A stretch of DNA of 64,000 nt from Octopus sinensis (taxonomy: Eukaryota), in the NCBI RefSeq assembly GCF_006345805.1, contig NC_042999.1:110050001-110114000 (forward strand), read 5' to 3'. The translations under genes were made by a program, and so were the position numbers. Positions 1 through 14,945 of the stretch are shown here, in pieces; position 1 is the stretch's first letter, and every line of letters begins with the position of its first letter. The notes beneath the pieces are model-generated. The model saw only the letters and a list, made by a program, of their open reading frames with translations. It was not told the DNA's origin and searched no databases.

Positions 1-183
1 TTTCTGGGATTTGAGTGGATTTGGTAGACAGAAACTGCAAGAGACCCGGCGTATATATTATTAAATAAATTATATATATATATATATAGTATATTATATA
101 TAATAATTTATTGTGCTGGGGGAGTCATTCTCTTTTAGTGTCTTATTTACTTACACACTCACCGGTTCGATTTCCACCAATAC

Positions 184-257
<74 letters not shown>

Positions 258-440
258 GGTGCGTGTGCCTTGTGTATTTGTTTGTCCTCCACCACCACTT
301 TGATAACGATAAAATAATATAAATATAATAATAATAATAATAATAATAAAGTACTGGGGTCGATTTCTTCTTCAATAAATCTATCAACGCGGTGCCCCAG
401 CATGCCGCGCAGTCCAGTCTAGAACAAGTGAAAGATAACA
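1..440 (+). mobile_element. SINE family A, partial and degraded (end of head half at window start, internal TA microsatellite, deleted tail half)
   Basis: gtggatttggtagacagaaactg at 15-37 and gtactggggtcgattt...gcggtgccccagcatg...agtctagaacaagt at ~350-430 match other copies in the window. Confidence 0.75.
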
Positions 441-551
441 CACACATATATAAATTTATATATATAATATTATATATATATAGATATATATAATATTATA
501 TAATATATATATTATATATATATATATAGTATATATAGATATATATATATA

Positions 552-960
552 TGGATGCAGGAGTGGCTGTGTGGTAAGTAGCTTGCTTACGAACCACATG
601 GTTCCGGGTTCAGTCCCATTGCGTGGCACTTGGGCAAGTGTCTTCTGCTATAGCCTCGGGCCGACCAACGCCTTGTGAGTGGATTTGGTTGACGGAAACT
701 GAAAAGAAGCCCGCGTATATATGTGTATATCTATATGCATGTGTGTGTGTTTTGTGGGTCTTGTTTTGTCCCCCTAGCATTGCTTGACACCGATGCTGGT
801 GTGTTTACGTCCCCGTCACTTAGCGCGGTTCGGCAAAAGAGGCCGATAGAATAAGTATTGGGCTTACAAAGAATAAGAATAAGTCCCGGGGTCGATTTGC
901 TCGACTAAAGGCGGTGCTCCAGCATGGCCGCAGTCAAATGACTGAAACAAGTAAAAGAGA
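552..960 (+). mobile_element. SINE family A, full length (tRNA-like head, internal TA/TG microsatellite, tail ending tgactgaaacaagtaaaag)
   Basis: A-box-like tggctgtgtgg and B-box-like gggttcagtccc; near identical to copies at 4021, 35150, 40376 and 57635. Confidence 0.9.
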
Positions 961-1369
961 TATGTTTATATACATATATGTGTGTGTGTGTGTATACATA
1001 TGTATATATGTATGTATGTAACAAAGTGTTGTCAAGAGGTGAGAAGACCCGTTCAATTGTCCGAGCATAGACAGTTCAACTGTCCGCGACGTGGTCCGGA
1101 CGGCTGGTCGCATGAATAGGAAAGGAAGTAGAGCAGTTGTGATGGAATCACTGAGCCGTGATAATTAATAGAGTGGTAAAGGGTTAATGAATGCAGTGAA
1201 AGGGTACGTAAAGAGCTGTGAGGGTGTAAAGGAGGGACAGCGATAAAGGAGACAAGACATACATAAAGAGCCTATGGGAACTCTGTTGTCATCGGATTTG
1301 TATTAAGGCTTTGGTAACTTTAACACGTATAATTATTTGTACGTATACAGAGAGTATAAGGTTTTTATA

Positions 1370-2765
1370 CATAAATACATACGTATTTATATATGTATGG
1401 ATGTATATATATATATATATACATATACGTACAATATGTGTATATATATATATATATATCGTACAATATGTATATGTTCATATATATATATATACATATA
1501 CGTACAATATGTATATATATATGTACATATATGTGTGTATATATATGCACATATATATGTGTATATATGTATATATATATGTGTGTGTGTATATGTATAT
1601 ATATGCATATATGTATATATATGTGTGTGATACATATATATGTGTGTATACCTATCTATATGTAATTATATTCGTATAATATCTATGTATATCTATATAT
1701 ATAGAGCATGTATATACACACATATAGGTGTATATGTCTATATATAATATATGTATATGTATATTCGCGTTATATGCATGTATTGATATCTATGTTATAT
1801 AGATATAGTGTCTGTATATCTATACATACATACATGTATATATATATAGTGTAAAGATGTGTTAGATATATTGTGTATATAGTACAACATCATATACTAT
1901 ATAACTATATATATATAATATATCTACATCCTACATATATATATATATATATATCTACATACATACATATATATATAGATTATAATAATATATATATATA
2001 TTATCTATATATATAATATATACATACATACATCTATGTATATATGTATATATATATATATATGATTGTATATATACTATATATATATATGTACATATAC
2101 GTACAGTATACACACATACATCTAATATATAACAATGATACATCATAACAATCTCATCTCTGGTATACACAAATATATTTATTTATAATGTATACACACA
2201 ATAAAAAACACAGAGTAAAATACAAATACAATATGTATCTATATATACATAGGAGACGATACGTAACAGTACGAATATATTTATATATACTACAGACTAT
2301 CATATATTAAATGTAACAATGCATATCCAACACATATATCTATATTCTATAATTATATATATATATACATATATAGTGTGTAATAAGCTATATATATATA
2401 TATATATATATATGGTACAGATGCCTACAGTACAAATATCTATACATATATCATCTCATATATGTGTATATGTATACTGTACAGTAACATAATGTGTTAT
2501 CTGTATATATATATATGTTATATATTATATTACTCTATGTATGATATATATGGTATAGTGTTATATATATATATCTATATACTTTATCTATATATATACT
2601 GTGTACCATTTGTGGATATATATATATCTGATCTGTGATATGTGTATACATATCTCTTGTATTGATATATATCCTTAGTCGGGTGGTGTGTCTGTATATA
2701 TATCTATTATAATATGTATATTCATTATCGATATGTCCTATAAATATATATATATATAATTATTT
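1370..2765. repeat. Long degenerate (TA)n/(TATG)n low-complexity tract
   Basis: Visible directly; source of the Y/I-rich spurious ORFs. Confidence 0.95.
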
Positions 2766-2774
2766 ATGTCTTTA

Positions 2775-3090
2775 TAGGGCGCTGTTATCGCCGTTTTGTA
2801 AGAAGTTTAAAATATATTTCCTAACCAAACGGTTTCGGGTGCAGTCTCACTGCATGGCACATCGCGTACGCAATGGAGACTTAGGGCCGACCAAAGCGTT
2901 GTAAGTGAATTTGGTAGACGGAAACTGACAGGAGCCCGTTCTATATGTCCCTGCGTGTATGTGTGTAAGTGTGTGTGTCTCTTCGTGTATATGTTTGCCA
3001 CCCACCACGTTTGAAAACCGGTGTTGGTTTATTCACGTCGCTGTAACCTAGTGCTTCGACAAAAGTAACCAGTAAAATACGTATTTATTC
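2775..3090 (+). mobile_element. SINE family A, diverged
   Basis: ggccgaccaaagcgttgtaagtgaatttggtagacggaaactga and ccggtgttggtttattcacgtc motifs. Confidence 0.8.
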
Positions 3091-3194
3091 CACTAAATAA
3101 GCTATATATATGCACACGCGCACGCGAGTACACACACACATACTCAAAATATAACATTTAGTTTGTTGATGCTGGGGAAGGAATCGGACGCTGC

Positions 3195-3415
3195 AATATA
3201 TTTCACTACTGCCCACAAGGGGCTAAACACAGAGGAGGGACAACGATTGATGGGCGATTACATCGACCCCAGGGCGTAATATACTGGTACTTACTGTAAT
3301 ATTTTAACCCCTCGGGGACGCGTGAATTTCGACCTCACGGAACGTTGAACCAGCACACGAAATACGGCTACGCATTTCGCCCGGCGTGCTAACGAGTCTG
3401 CCAGCTCGCCGCCTT
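3195..3415 (-). mobile_element. SINE family B (Nin/Deu-domain-like tRNA SINE)
   Basis: Reverse strand starts aaggcggcgagctggcagactcgttagcacgccgggcgaaatgc, as in the plus-strand copy at 5737. Confidence 0.8.
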
Positions 3416-3740
3416 AAGCTTGGTAAATTTGTTTCAGCGCTAAGTTTGTTTTTAATTTTATCGAGCACTGGAAACATACGGTTCGTTTAACAGAAAACCA
3501 TGGTTGCATACACACACACACACACACACACCACATAGGGCTTAGTCGACGGTTTCGACTCCAGGACGGCATCGCACGTACGATTTAGTTACGGTTACGG
3601 AACATACAGTAAACACCGAGTAAAAACGCATACACACGCGTACACGACGGGATTGTGTTTAGATATATATATATATATATATATATGCAAGTATTGGTAG
3701 ACAGAAACTGTGGACAAGCTTGCCGTGTGTGTGTGCGTAT

Positions 3741-3782
<42 letters not shown>

Positions 3783-4020
3783 TATATATATATTCATATA
3801 AGCAGGTGTTGCGGGTGTGTTTATGTTAACAGCAGGCACGAAACTGATGCTGTGCACACAGTCTGCCTTTATGTTCTTTATAGGACATAAAATACATATG
3901 TATGTATAAAAATGTGTGTGTATTTCATACAAACACATACATGATAAATATTATCTAATGTATAATACATATATATAAGGTAGTATATATTATGTATGTC
4001 TTTGTAAAATATCTATATAT

Positions 4021-4402
4021 AGGCGTTGGAGTGGCTGTGTGGTAATTAGCTTGCTTACCAACGACATGGTTCCGGGTTCAGTCCCACTTCGTCGCACCTT
4101 GGCAAGTGTCTTCCACTATAGCCTCTGGCCGACCAAAGCCTTGTGAGAGGGTTTGGTAGACGGAAACTGAAAGAAGCCCGTCGTATACATATATATGTGT
4201 GTGTGTGTGTGTTTGTCCCTCCAACATCGTTTGACAACCGATTCTGGTGTGTTTACGTCCCCGTAACATAGCGGTTCGGCAAAAGAGACCGATAGAATAA
4301 GTACTAGGCTTACAAAGAATAAGTCCTGGGTAGATTCGTTCGATTAAAGGCGGTGCTCCAGCATGGCCACAGTCAAATGACTGAGACAATTGAAAGAGTA
4401 AA
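4021..4402 (+). mobile_element. SINE family A, full length
   Basis: Head, internal microsatellite and tail all present. Confidence 0.9.
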
Positions 4403-4421
4403 GCGTATATCTCCATCTGAC

Positions 4422-4453
<32 letters not shown>

Positions 4454-4961
4454 ACACACATACACACACACATAATTAATTACTGTGTAAAAACATAAAA
4501 CATACAAGATCCTGACCCTCCCCGCTTACAACATTGTGTTGAGGTTTTTTTTTTTAACACTTGGCTACAAATGGGCACATATTTTGAGAAGGAAACACTT
4601 TCGGGTAAATAATTCCCAATGCGTAGCTAAATCTTTATTGATCCCTTGAGATTGAAAGGCAATATCGACCCCGTCGAATTGATGATGTTTTTAGCAGTAT
4701 TTCTGACGTCTTACTTCATTATCACCAGCCGTAATATGAAATCAATATTTCTCTATTATCGTAATAAGAATGCAAGAGGTTTCACAACATAAACTTTTCA
4801 ATCGTCGTCCTACATATCATTCTATAGAAGTGGAGAAAAAAGAAAAACCAAGAAAAGAAAAAAAAAACAAACAAATTCACTTGGTGTTGAGGATTTCGGT
4901 TAAAAAAATTATAAATATTTTAGTCAGCTGTTGTGTAAATTAATTGACATACACACAAACA

Positions 4962-5422
4962 GAGGCATGGCTGTGTGGCAAAAATGTTTGCTTCTCAACT
5001 ACATGGTTTCGGGTTCGGTCCCTCTGCATGGCACCTTGCACAAGTGTCTTCTACTATAGCCCTGAACTGAACAAAGCGTTGCGAGGCGGACTTGGTTAAC
5101 GGGAACTGAAAGAAGCCCGTCTTATAGAATGCCGTAAATAACTGTTTAATAATATTATAGATGTGGAAAATCTCCGTTCTTCTGATTATCATCAATAGTG
5201 TATATATATATATATATGGGTGTGCGTGTGTGTGAATTTGTATCTGTCCCCTTCCAGTGTTTGAAAAGCGGTTCGAGGCAAAATGAGATTGATAGAATAA
5301 GTATCAGGCATTAAATTAAAGTACTGGGGTCGTCTAAACATCTTCAAGACATCTTCGACTAAACATCTTCAAGACGGTGCCCCAGCCTGGTCGCAGTCTA
5401 ATAACTGAAAGAAATGAAAGAT
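4962..5422 (+). mobile_element. SINE family A, diverged, with ~70 bp of extra sequence at the internal microsatellite and a small tail duplication (ctaaacatcttcaagac x2)
   Basis: Head gaggcatggctgtgtgg...gggttcggtccc; tail acggtgccccagcctggtcgcagtc. Confidence 0.8.
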
Positions 5423-5736
5423 AAACACTGCCACGTCGAAGACAGTGTTAGAATCTGTTTACCGAGACAACGTCGAATGGACAACAACATGCGAGGTGCA
5501 CTGATTTTACACGTCAAGGAATGAACCTCACAACCTCTACTATCTCAATCTTTCTTTTTTTTTTATTTTTGTTTTTGCAGTAGCCAGTCTGAAATAATCT
5601 CTGGGAAGACACACTATTCTATTTAACCTATCGAACAAAAATATCATTAACGTGACTTTTGTTATCGTTAATGTTACTTAATCGATATTTGAGTAAGAGA
5701 TCGATATTATCAGCGTTAATAATAACAGTCATCAGA

Positions 5737-5945
5737 AGGCGGCGAGCTGGTAGAATCGTTAGCACGCCGGGCAAAAATGATTAGCGGTATTTCACCCCCA
5801 TTTTCACGTTCTGAGTTCAAATTCCGTCGAGGGTTTAACTTTTTCCCCTTCATCCTCTCGGGGTCGAGCACTGGGGCCCATGTAATCGTACTTATCCCTT
5901 CACTCGAAATTGTTGGCCTCATGCCAAAATTTGAAACCAATAACA
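5737..5945 (+). mobile_element. SINE family B (Nin/Deu-like)
   Basis: aaggcggcgagctggtagaatcgttagcacgccggg...gagttcaaattcc (A and B boxes), then ccttcatcctctcggggtcga. Confidence 0.8.
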
Positions 5946-7089
5946 ATTATCAGCAGTATCATTAGTAACAATATTTTTTTTTCTTTTCTATCTGTTATTA
6001 TTTTTACAAGCGATGGAGTAAAAGAAATGGTGAAGCATCAGAACAAAAAAAAAATAAATAAATAATAAAATAAAACAAAACTATCTGTATTTCGTTTTAT
6101 ACGTCTATGTCCCGAGTTTAAATTACAAAGAGACCGACTGCGCCTTTCAAACTCTACAGGAAGGATAAAATTAAAGTAAGTGCCTATACAATGATCATTG
6201 ACTCGGTCAAATATGTCCCTTCTGCTCCAATTTGAGGCCTTGTGCTATAATGAAAGGAATTATTATTGGTGTTATTGATTTACGGTATCTACTTTGCTAT
6301 CCTTCCAAGGAGATAAAATAAATAATAGTGATACATTGATTTTTTTTAATGGACGATAACATAAGTATTCTTTAGATAACGAGATATAAACATGTTTAGT
6401 AGGGAGAAATGGGAAGTCAGTCAGTGATGAATTTGAAACAATAAGAAAAAAGAAGAAAATGACAACTTTTAGTTCCCATAAACAAAAAGAAAGGAAAAGA
6501 AGTAGTTTTCAATACTTATTTATCTAAGAAACAATTAAATTACGAAACATGTGCCGTAAAGTAAAGTAATTAAGATTCAGCGAGCCGTGTCTGCTATAGC
6601 TGGTTTCGATACCCGTCCGAAAGTATTTCACATGCCTGCTAAAAGGCATGTAAAAGAAGCATGAACATTTTTTTTTTATGATGATGTTACAGATAAAAAA
6701 AAAAAAAAAAAGAGAATAATAAAAAGGTATCTTATCAAGGGAAAACAATCTAAAGGATTTGCATGAAAATGAAAGTGTGAATCAGATCATTTATGCCATA
6801 ACATCTTACTTATGTTGTATTTTTTACTTATCAACATCATAAATATTTTTTTTTTTGTTATCGACGATGAATCGAAAGATTGAGCTTTCGGATTCTAGAA
6901 TACCACCTTGTTTTTGTTCATTTCATCCTATCTTCTTCAATACTTTTCCTAGTTCCTTTTCTTCTTCTTCTTATTTTTTTCTCCCCGCTCTTTTTTACCA
7001 TCCTAATAACATACAGACATGCGCGCGCGCACACACACACATCGTAATATTAAATCGAAACGATCAGGAAACTGCAAATGACCACTTAC

Positions 7090-7130
7090 CCTCCTCCACT
7101 TGAATAGGCGAACAATGTACTTATCGGCAT
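7090..7130 (-). CDS. Candidate short alternative first coding exon MPISTLFAYSSGG(G), phase 2
   Basis: ATG at 7130, open for 41 nt, then GG|GTAAGT donor; CT-rich UTR-like sequence upstream; no homology evidence. Confidence 0.35.
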
Positions 7131-7193
7131 GTCGTTTAGATTCTCATTGTATGTGTGTATGAATGTGCGAGTGTTACAGTCCGTTTTTCCTTT

Positions 7194-7247
<54 letters not shown>

Positions 7248-10109
7248 AGTTTTCTTTTGCGATATATATATTATATTATATATATATATATTATATATAT
7301 ACGAAAGCTTATGTCCACACAAAACAGTGACCAGAGAGAGAAAAAAATACCACAGATCAGTTGCAACGATATGTGAATAACATCATGGAAAGAAACCCCT
7401 TCATAAGAGATCTCCAAGCCCTGCCAGCCGACAGCAGATACACAGACAGACACAGGAAGATAGGAGTAAAGAATGTCGTGCGGTAGCGTGTAGAGGAAAA
7501 AAGAAAGAGGGAGAGAGAGAGAGAGAAATAAAGAAGAGAGAGAGAGAAGGGGGAGGAATATAAAGAAAGCCGGCAGTTGGATGAATGGGGGAGATAACGG
7601 CAGCAGTAACAACAACAACAATAACGACGATGACAACTGCAACTCGACAGACGTTTCGGAGCGGTCTGGGATATTTGATAATAGCGATGTTATTGCTATG
7701 ATCGTGGAGTAAGTGGCAAGTGCTTGAAATGAGATGAGTCAGCAACTCGGTTTCGATTCTTCTGCTGTTTACTTCAGGAAATATTATTGTCTTTTAGATA
7801 GGCATAAAAACTGTATAATCATATTTCCTCTTTTTTTATCTATCGGAAGGTAGCAAACTACAAAAGAATTTATTAGTTTTAAATGGTTGTCGTCAGGGCA
7901 TGGCGGAAAAAGAAAAAAAAATCTGTTTGGACGAGTACGGCTCTGTCTCGATTTCCAAGGTATGAAAATCATAACATCCCGTCACGCCTTATAAATTTTA
8001 AGCTTTATTCACTACATTGGGTTAATATTAATCAAGTTGTAGTTTTGTAGTCTGCTCACACTGCGATCGTCTCCACTCTTCTTCATTCATTAATTAATTA
8101 AAAAAAAATCTTCTTTTTTTTTTTTAAAGTCACATTTCCGAGTTGAAGACTGATGGGATCAAAATTTGGCTTTTGTATTTCTAGAACCAATAAGATAAAT
8201 AAAAGTGAGAACAGAATCAATTAAAAAAATGACTTCCTTAGGTAATATAAAAAGGAATATCTATGTAGTACGGAGAGACTCTGGAAGTGAAACCCAGTTT
8301 CGATTCTCAGTTAAATCTATTTCATTTCAATCACTTGACCTGTGGCATTGAGAAAATTATTCTCATTTCTTGCTTCATACAAATCGCAAGCTTTCATACC
8401 ATTTAAGAAATAACTATTCTTGTCTTTTATACAAGCAACTTTCGATTCTTACTTCGAGCTGCCCTTTGTTTTTTTTTACACCACAACTGTTGTTGGAAGA
8501 GGTATTGTTGCCACAACAACCCGTTTGTTACACATTATTGAGGGGCTTTGTGTTTATGTAAATAAAAATAAAACTGTAAAGAGGACATGTTTTCAGTAAA
8601 CCAGTTTTAATTCATAACATCAGTAAGCGCAAGGACAACACACCAGAAGGATTGACAGATGGAGAGATAAGGAAAAGAGAATTTGTATATTTTCGCAAAG
8701 AATATGGTCAGCTCCGTTTGATTTACTAGCCTGGAATATTATAATAAAGGAATTGCAAGGAAGAATCGATTTCCCTTTCTCAATAAAAAAAAAAAAAAAA
8801 ATTAAAAGGATAATTTGGTTTTTATCGCTTGCAATAAATAAAATATAGAATGCTTCAATTAAACAGAAACAAACAAAAACTGCTAATTGAAAATTGTTAA
8901 CAAATAGTGGTTGACAATATTAGCATTTCAAGCGTCAATGCGTGGTTATATCATCAATAATACATGGTTAGCTAAGAACAAAAAATTACCACAACCATCA
9001 AAGATGTGATAATATACAATAAGTACCAGTTAAGTACTGGAGTCGGTTTAATTGACTAGTCCACCCCACCCCAACTTTTCAGACTATGTGTCTATATTAA
9101 AAAAAAAACAAAAAACAATTATTAAAATACATACATGCACATACGCGAGCGTGTGCGTGTGTGAGTTTACGCGCATGCATGTGTATGTGTATATATATAT
9201 ATACATACACACACACATTTGTGTGTGTTTTATATATTTGGTAACAAGGCATATACCCACTCCACGGTGCATCATTAATCTTATATAGGATCACACACAC
9301 ACACAACACATGCATCGATATAGATACATGCATACGTAAATGTATGTCTCCCGCTTCATGAACTTCACGAGCGAACGTGCGCAATTTGTGTGTGTGTGTA
9401 TCTGCATTTTCTCTGAAGAACTTAACTTTACAACTTCATAAATACCGATAAGAAAAAAACAAAAAAAAAACTTCAGGTACAATTCTTTTCTATTGTTTTC
9501 TAAAATTTGAAGATGTACACAAAACACATAGCCACAAAACAGAATAGCTAGTTGTAAATTAGGAGTCGTGTTTTTCTGCGTATGTGTGAAGACTACTTTA
9601 ACATTTAAGGAAATGCTTTCATGTAAAATATATTGAAAGTTTAAAACGGCCGGTTTCAGACAAATCGTTCATTGACTTTGTCCCGTTGACTATAAAAATG
9701 TACTGCTAACGTATTTCTTGTGATATAAACGGCTTACAATAATAGTAAACAGATACAAAGAACTCTCGATTGAATTCTTTTCTGCAGCAGTTGATTCACG
9801 CAAAACACGGATCGGAATGTAAACAATAAACAACTCCTTACATAAACACAAGGTTTCGTGGGTATACAGAAAGGTACAGATATACGACTGAATGTCTCGT
9901 ACTCTTATAAGAGGCCTTGTGGTGTTTAATTAAAGTGAATTGATTTTAAAAATCAGGTTGCGGAATGACTTGTCGGGCGCTTACCTCTAATGTCTCTTGT
10001 AGATTATTGATTTTACATAGACACAAGACGACAAGTTTCTTAGGTAAAGAAAACAAAAAGGGAGACCGTGATTTTTGTCTTATTATTACCATTGATTGAT
10101 TAACTGACA

Positions 10110-10355
10110 AAGGTATTTTAGCCTTTCATTCCTCCAGGCTCGATAAAATAAGAGTAGCCGTCAAGTACAGCAATCGATGACACCGGCTACACCCTTCTTA
10201 TAATATTACCGACCGCATGTCTACGTTAGAAAGTCGGCCTTTCATCCTTCCGGATCGATACAATAAGTACCAGTTAAGTACTGGGGTCAGTTTAATTGAC
10301 TAGTTCCCCCTACCCAACTTTTCAGACCATGTGTCTATATTAAAAAAAAAAAATT
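10110..10355 (+). mobile_element. Two tandem SINE family B 3' fragments
   Basis: gcctttcat(t/c)c(c/t)tcc...tcgata(a)aataag twice; the second tail nearly matches 9015-9110. Confidence 0.7.
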
Positions 10356-12099
10356 ATTAAAGTGATAAGTAGTAGAACAATAAGAAATCATTGTTAATAT
10401 TAATATTATGTTATATACTCTTTGACCAGAATGTAAAATAGCAAAACCGAATATATTTAAATCCGTACAAATATTTATTTTAATTGCTTGTTCTGTATAT
10501 TATCAACTAGTGGTATTTATGTAGATCGGAATAGTGGCGTATGTGTATGTATGTACATGCATGTCTGTGTAGAATATACAACACATAAAAAAAATATTAC
10601 ACCTCTGGAAACAAATTTGAAGATTATTGTGATTTCTCTATGAGAAAGCCTTGTTCTTAAGAACACACACACACACACACGCGAGCGCACATAACGTTAT
10701 TCATAAATTCTTGGCTATATCTATAGTATATATAATATGGAAAATATATAATATATCTATATAATATACATAAATATCATGTATATTAATAAATATGGAT
10801 ATATCACATATACGGACATACATGTATAATATAATTTAACTATATATATATATAATATATATATGGTATATAATATACATGTGTGTGTGTGTGGACATAC
10901 AGAATATACGTGTGTATGCGTTGGTGCGTATTATTTGTGGATATATTAGCATACATGTGCTTGTATTTATATGTGCACACACGTGTTTTTGAATGCACAC
11001 ACGCACACTTACAATCTTACAAGTAAGTTTGTATTTACAAATATGTATAATTTTTTCATTTTCAATGCCCCCTCCCGACACACACACACACAAATATTTT
11101 CATAAGAATTTATATTGATTATTGAATTGTTTAGTAGAAATTTGAAAGTGTTATACACAAAAGCATCTCTTGCAAGCTCAGTACCAAAATGATTTAAACT
11201 TTCCGCACATTGCATTCATAGACACACGCACATACACGTGTATGCGTGTGTGTGTGTGTCCCCGCAGCGGTCGAGGCCCTACCTTTATGCATCTATGTAG
11301 AAACATACACTTCGCGAAAGTGCTCATCGCCTCGTGTCCATAACAATATTTGTAAACAACCGAATCGCCTGTACAGACGAGAAGTGTCTGTCTTGACTTG
11401 AAACGGTGTATGTTTACGAAAAATTGAACCTAAAATATCGAAACATAGATCTATTGAACGACCAAATCATGAACGGGTAGAAGAGATGTTTTTAGGAAAA
11501 ACTGAGGCACCAGATTTGGCAAGGTGAAAATAGAATAATGCTACAAACCAGATGTATCCTGGCGCACCCCGATATAAATGAATGAATGAATGCATCAACG
11601 GGTGGCCAGTGCAAATAATAGAGAATTATAAACCTGTCGAATATTTTGTATGCAAAGATGCCACGAAATGCAAACGGATATTTATCATTAATCCAAATAA
11701 TTACAAAGATAGCTAATCAATCGCTGGAGCAATCTAAAAATAAAGAAACTATGTAACGGGTACATTTAAACAGATCTAACAAATGGTGAACGGTTTACTG
11801 GATACATGTAAATCCATGATGCTAGCAAGAAACATCTTGAAATCAATACAGAAATATATCTCTGCAAGGCACCCGTTAAGGGGTTAGCCTATCCACAGTA
11901 AACTATCCGACAGTATTATGTGCGCATGGACTTACAAAACAACCAAGAAGTACAACACTACTGGTTTCTGCTGGAGTTGAGAACTACAAGTAGGGACATA
12001 TTCCCCCCACTAATGTGCGTATATCATATATATAATATATATATATATAGTATATATTATATATTATATATATGTGTGTGTGGTGTGTGTGTGTGTGTG

Positions 12100-12295
12100 T
12101 GTGTTTCCCACACCTCACCGCTTGTGTTAGTGCGTTTATGTTCCTGTAACTTAGCAGTTCGGCAAAAAGGAAGAGACAGAATAAGTACCAGGCTTCAAGC
12201 AAAATGTAACGGGGACGATAAATTCGGCTATAAATTCTTCAAGGCGGTGACCCAGCATGACCGCAATCTAATGACTGAAACAAGTAAAAGATTAC
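12100..12295 (+). mobile_element. SINE family A, tail half only
   Basis: Begins at (GT)n; gtaacttagcagttcggcaaaa...aaggcggtgacccagcatgaccgca...tgactgaaacaagtaaaag. Confidence 0.85.
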
Positions 12296-12352
12296 AAAGA
12301 CTACACACACACGTGTGTTTCTGTTTGTGTATGTATGTATGTATGTATGATG

Positions 12353-12383
<31 letters not shown>

Positions 12384-13094
12384 GATGCTTGAGGCTGCTA
12401 CGCCTAGCGTTACGTAACATTCAAGGAGTACGCTACCAGTTGAATTCTTCCAACAAGTTGCTAAGTACCTTTGTGATGATATACGTATGGGTAAATGAAT
12501 AGAGCCGGGCAGATTTACCATTTTATACAAACAACGGACAACTTTTCAGTATGGAAACGAACAAAAGTAAAGTTCACACGGCTATGAAACCCACAGAAGT
12601 ACTTCATAAATGCTGACATAAGTGTTTAACATGCAATGACTGTTTAACTAGTGTTACAAAACGTGTACAGAATTTTCACACGGGTACCTTACCTCCAGTG
12701 TAACAGTATGGGTGGATTATATAGTTATTAGGATTATCTTAATGAGGTTAGAGATATACTGAACTAATATCAGGTCTCTTATTAATGCTATATGGATGAA
12801 TGGATTCTTGCAAACACCGAAGATGTGTGGAGACCTCCTCGAGAGGGAACCTTGCAATTACTATAGATGTACGGAGTGTTTAACTATTGTGGACGGTGGA
12901 TATAACTGAGAGGCAAAGATCCTCATCAATGTCTATGAAATAGAACTTGTGAAGTCTGTTTTTGTATCGTGGGTTAATGAGTATGAGTGGGTGGCTTATG
13001 GTACTTCGGTTAATTATATTTTCCGTGTGTTGAAACAGATTCGAGATTATCCAGGATCTGACTCAGTCTACAGCGTGTATATACCATAAGTTAA

Positions 13095-13320
13095 ATATAC
13101 ATACATGCATGCATGCATACATACATACATGCATACATACATACATACATACATGCATGCATGCATGCATGCATACATACATACATACATACTACATACT
13201 ACATACATACATACATACATACATACATACATACATGCATGCATGCATGCATACATACATACATACATACATACATACATACACGCATACATACATACAT
13301 ACATACATACATACATAATG

Positions 13321-13352
<32 letters not shown>

Positions 13353-13543
13353 CATACATACATACATAATGCATACATACATACATACATACATACATAC
13401 ATACATACATACATACATACACGCATACATACATACATACATACATACATACATACATAATGCATACATACATACATACATACATACATACATACATACA
13501 TACATAATGCATACATACATACATACATACATACATACATACA

Positions 13544-13572
<29 letters not shown>
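13095..13572. repeat. ~480 bp (TACA)n array with TGCA, TAATGCA and CACG variant units
   Basis: Visible directly. Confidence 0.95.
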
Positions 13573-13574
<2 letters not shown>

Positions 13575-13712
13575 CCTCCCTGTTTTCCTGAGCGTCCAAT
13601 AATACTTTATTTGTTCCACGTCCTCGCGTTGTTGTGTTTTTTTGTGCTTTCTTGTTTGGATTAACTTTATATATATACATATACTTACTTGGAAATGGAT
13701 GCGTGGCGTTCA
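13573..13712 (+). mobile_element. Truncated member of the hammerhead-motif (Penelope-like) repeat family, motif itself missing
   Basis: tttcctgagcgtccaataatacttta...gttccacgtcctcgcgttg...cttgtttggattaact matches 30942-31036. Confidence 0.75.
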
Positions 13713-13736
13713 TTTAAATGTATGTATGTATGTATG

Positions 13737-13767
<31 letters not shown>

Positions 13768-13778
13768 GTATGTATTGT

Positions 13779-13821
<43 letters not shown>

Positions 13822-13833
13822 CATACACATATT

Positions 13834-13864
<31 letters not shown>

Positions 13865-14227
13865 CGATAAATAGATAGATAGATAATGTGTGTGCGGGCG
13901 TGTAAACATCTTAATGACTATACCAATACATAAATTCTACATACACCTTTAGGACTCTATTTATACAAATGCAAGAAGTACATCTTGATATCCTTCACAA
14001 TGATGTTAACAATATTTATATTTCTCAGAAATATAGTCGCGATGAAGAAATTAAGTCATGTAGTTATAATTCTTTACTCACAAGTCTCAAAAGATATCAA
14101 AACAACATAACTTCTATCATTTTGGCGCTATATTCCATGGGCAAGCTTTAAAGAAAAGCTTACAGTTTTATGAGCGTACAGAGAAAAAGATGTCTTTGTA
14201 TAACATAAAAGGTACATCTATCAATTT

Positions 14228-14306
<79 letters not shown>

Positions 14307-14706
14307 TACACGCGCGCGTATTTGTGCACGCATGCATGCGTGAGTGTGTGTTTACATCTGTGCGTACGTGTGCACGCGAGCACACGTGCGCCCATAGCAC
14401 AGAAACACAACTCAATTCGTCTTAACAAATGCAACGACGGACCGAACAGCGGAGCAAACTATTTAAAACTAATTTATGGTAGTCATAGAAATAAACAGAC
14501 TATTATTTCATACATACATACGTACATACATACATACGTACATACGTACGTACATGCATACATACATACATGCATACATACATACATTCATACATACGTA
14601 CATGCATACATACATACATACACACACACACACATACATACATATATTATTTTAAAAAATCGGGACTACGAACGGCAGCTAAATATATATATATATATAA
14701 AATGCC

Positions 14707-14739
<33 letters not shown>

Positions 14740-14906
14740 ATATATATATAAAATGCCTATATATATATATATATATATATAATGCCTAACAATACAGTAA
14801 TTATCAATTTACCTGTAAATAGATAGATATTGATTAATCAAAATTAATCAGCCCTCACTTAATAAGAGCAATATAGTCTCTCATATCATATACCTACATA
14901 CACCAC

Positions 14907-14945
<39 letters not shown>

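Noticed and set aside
9015-10355. ~95 bp near-identical pair (9015-9110 and 10258-10355)
   Set aside because: Both are tails of SINE family B; no need to invoke anything else
13095-13572. CRISPR-like or coded array in the variant TACA repeat
   Set aside because: Variant units fit slippage duplication; no repeat-spacer structure and the context is eukaryotic
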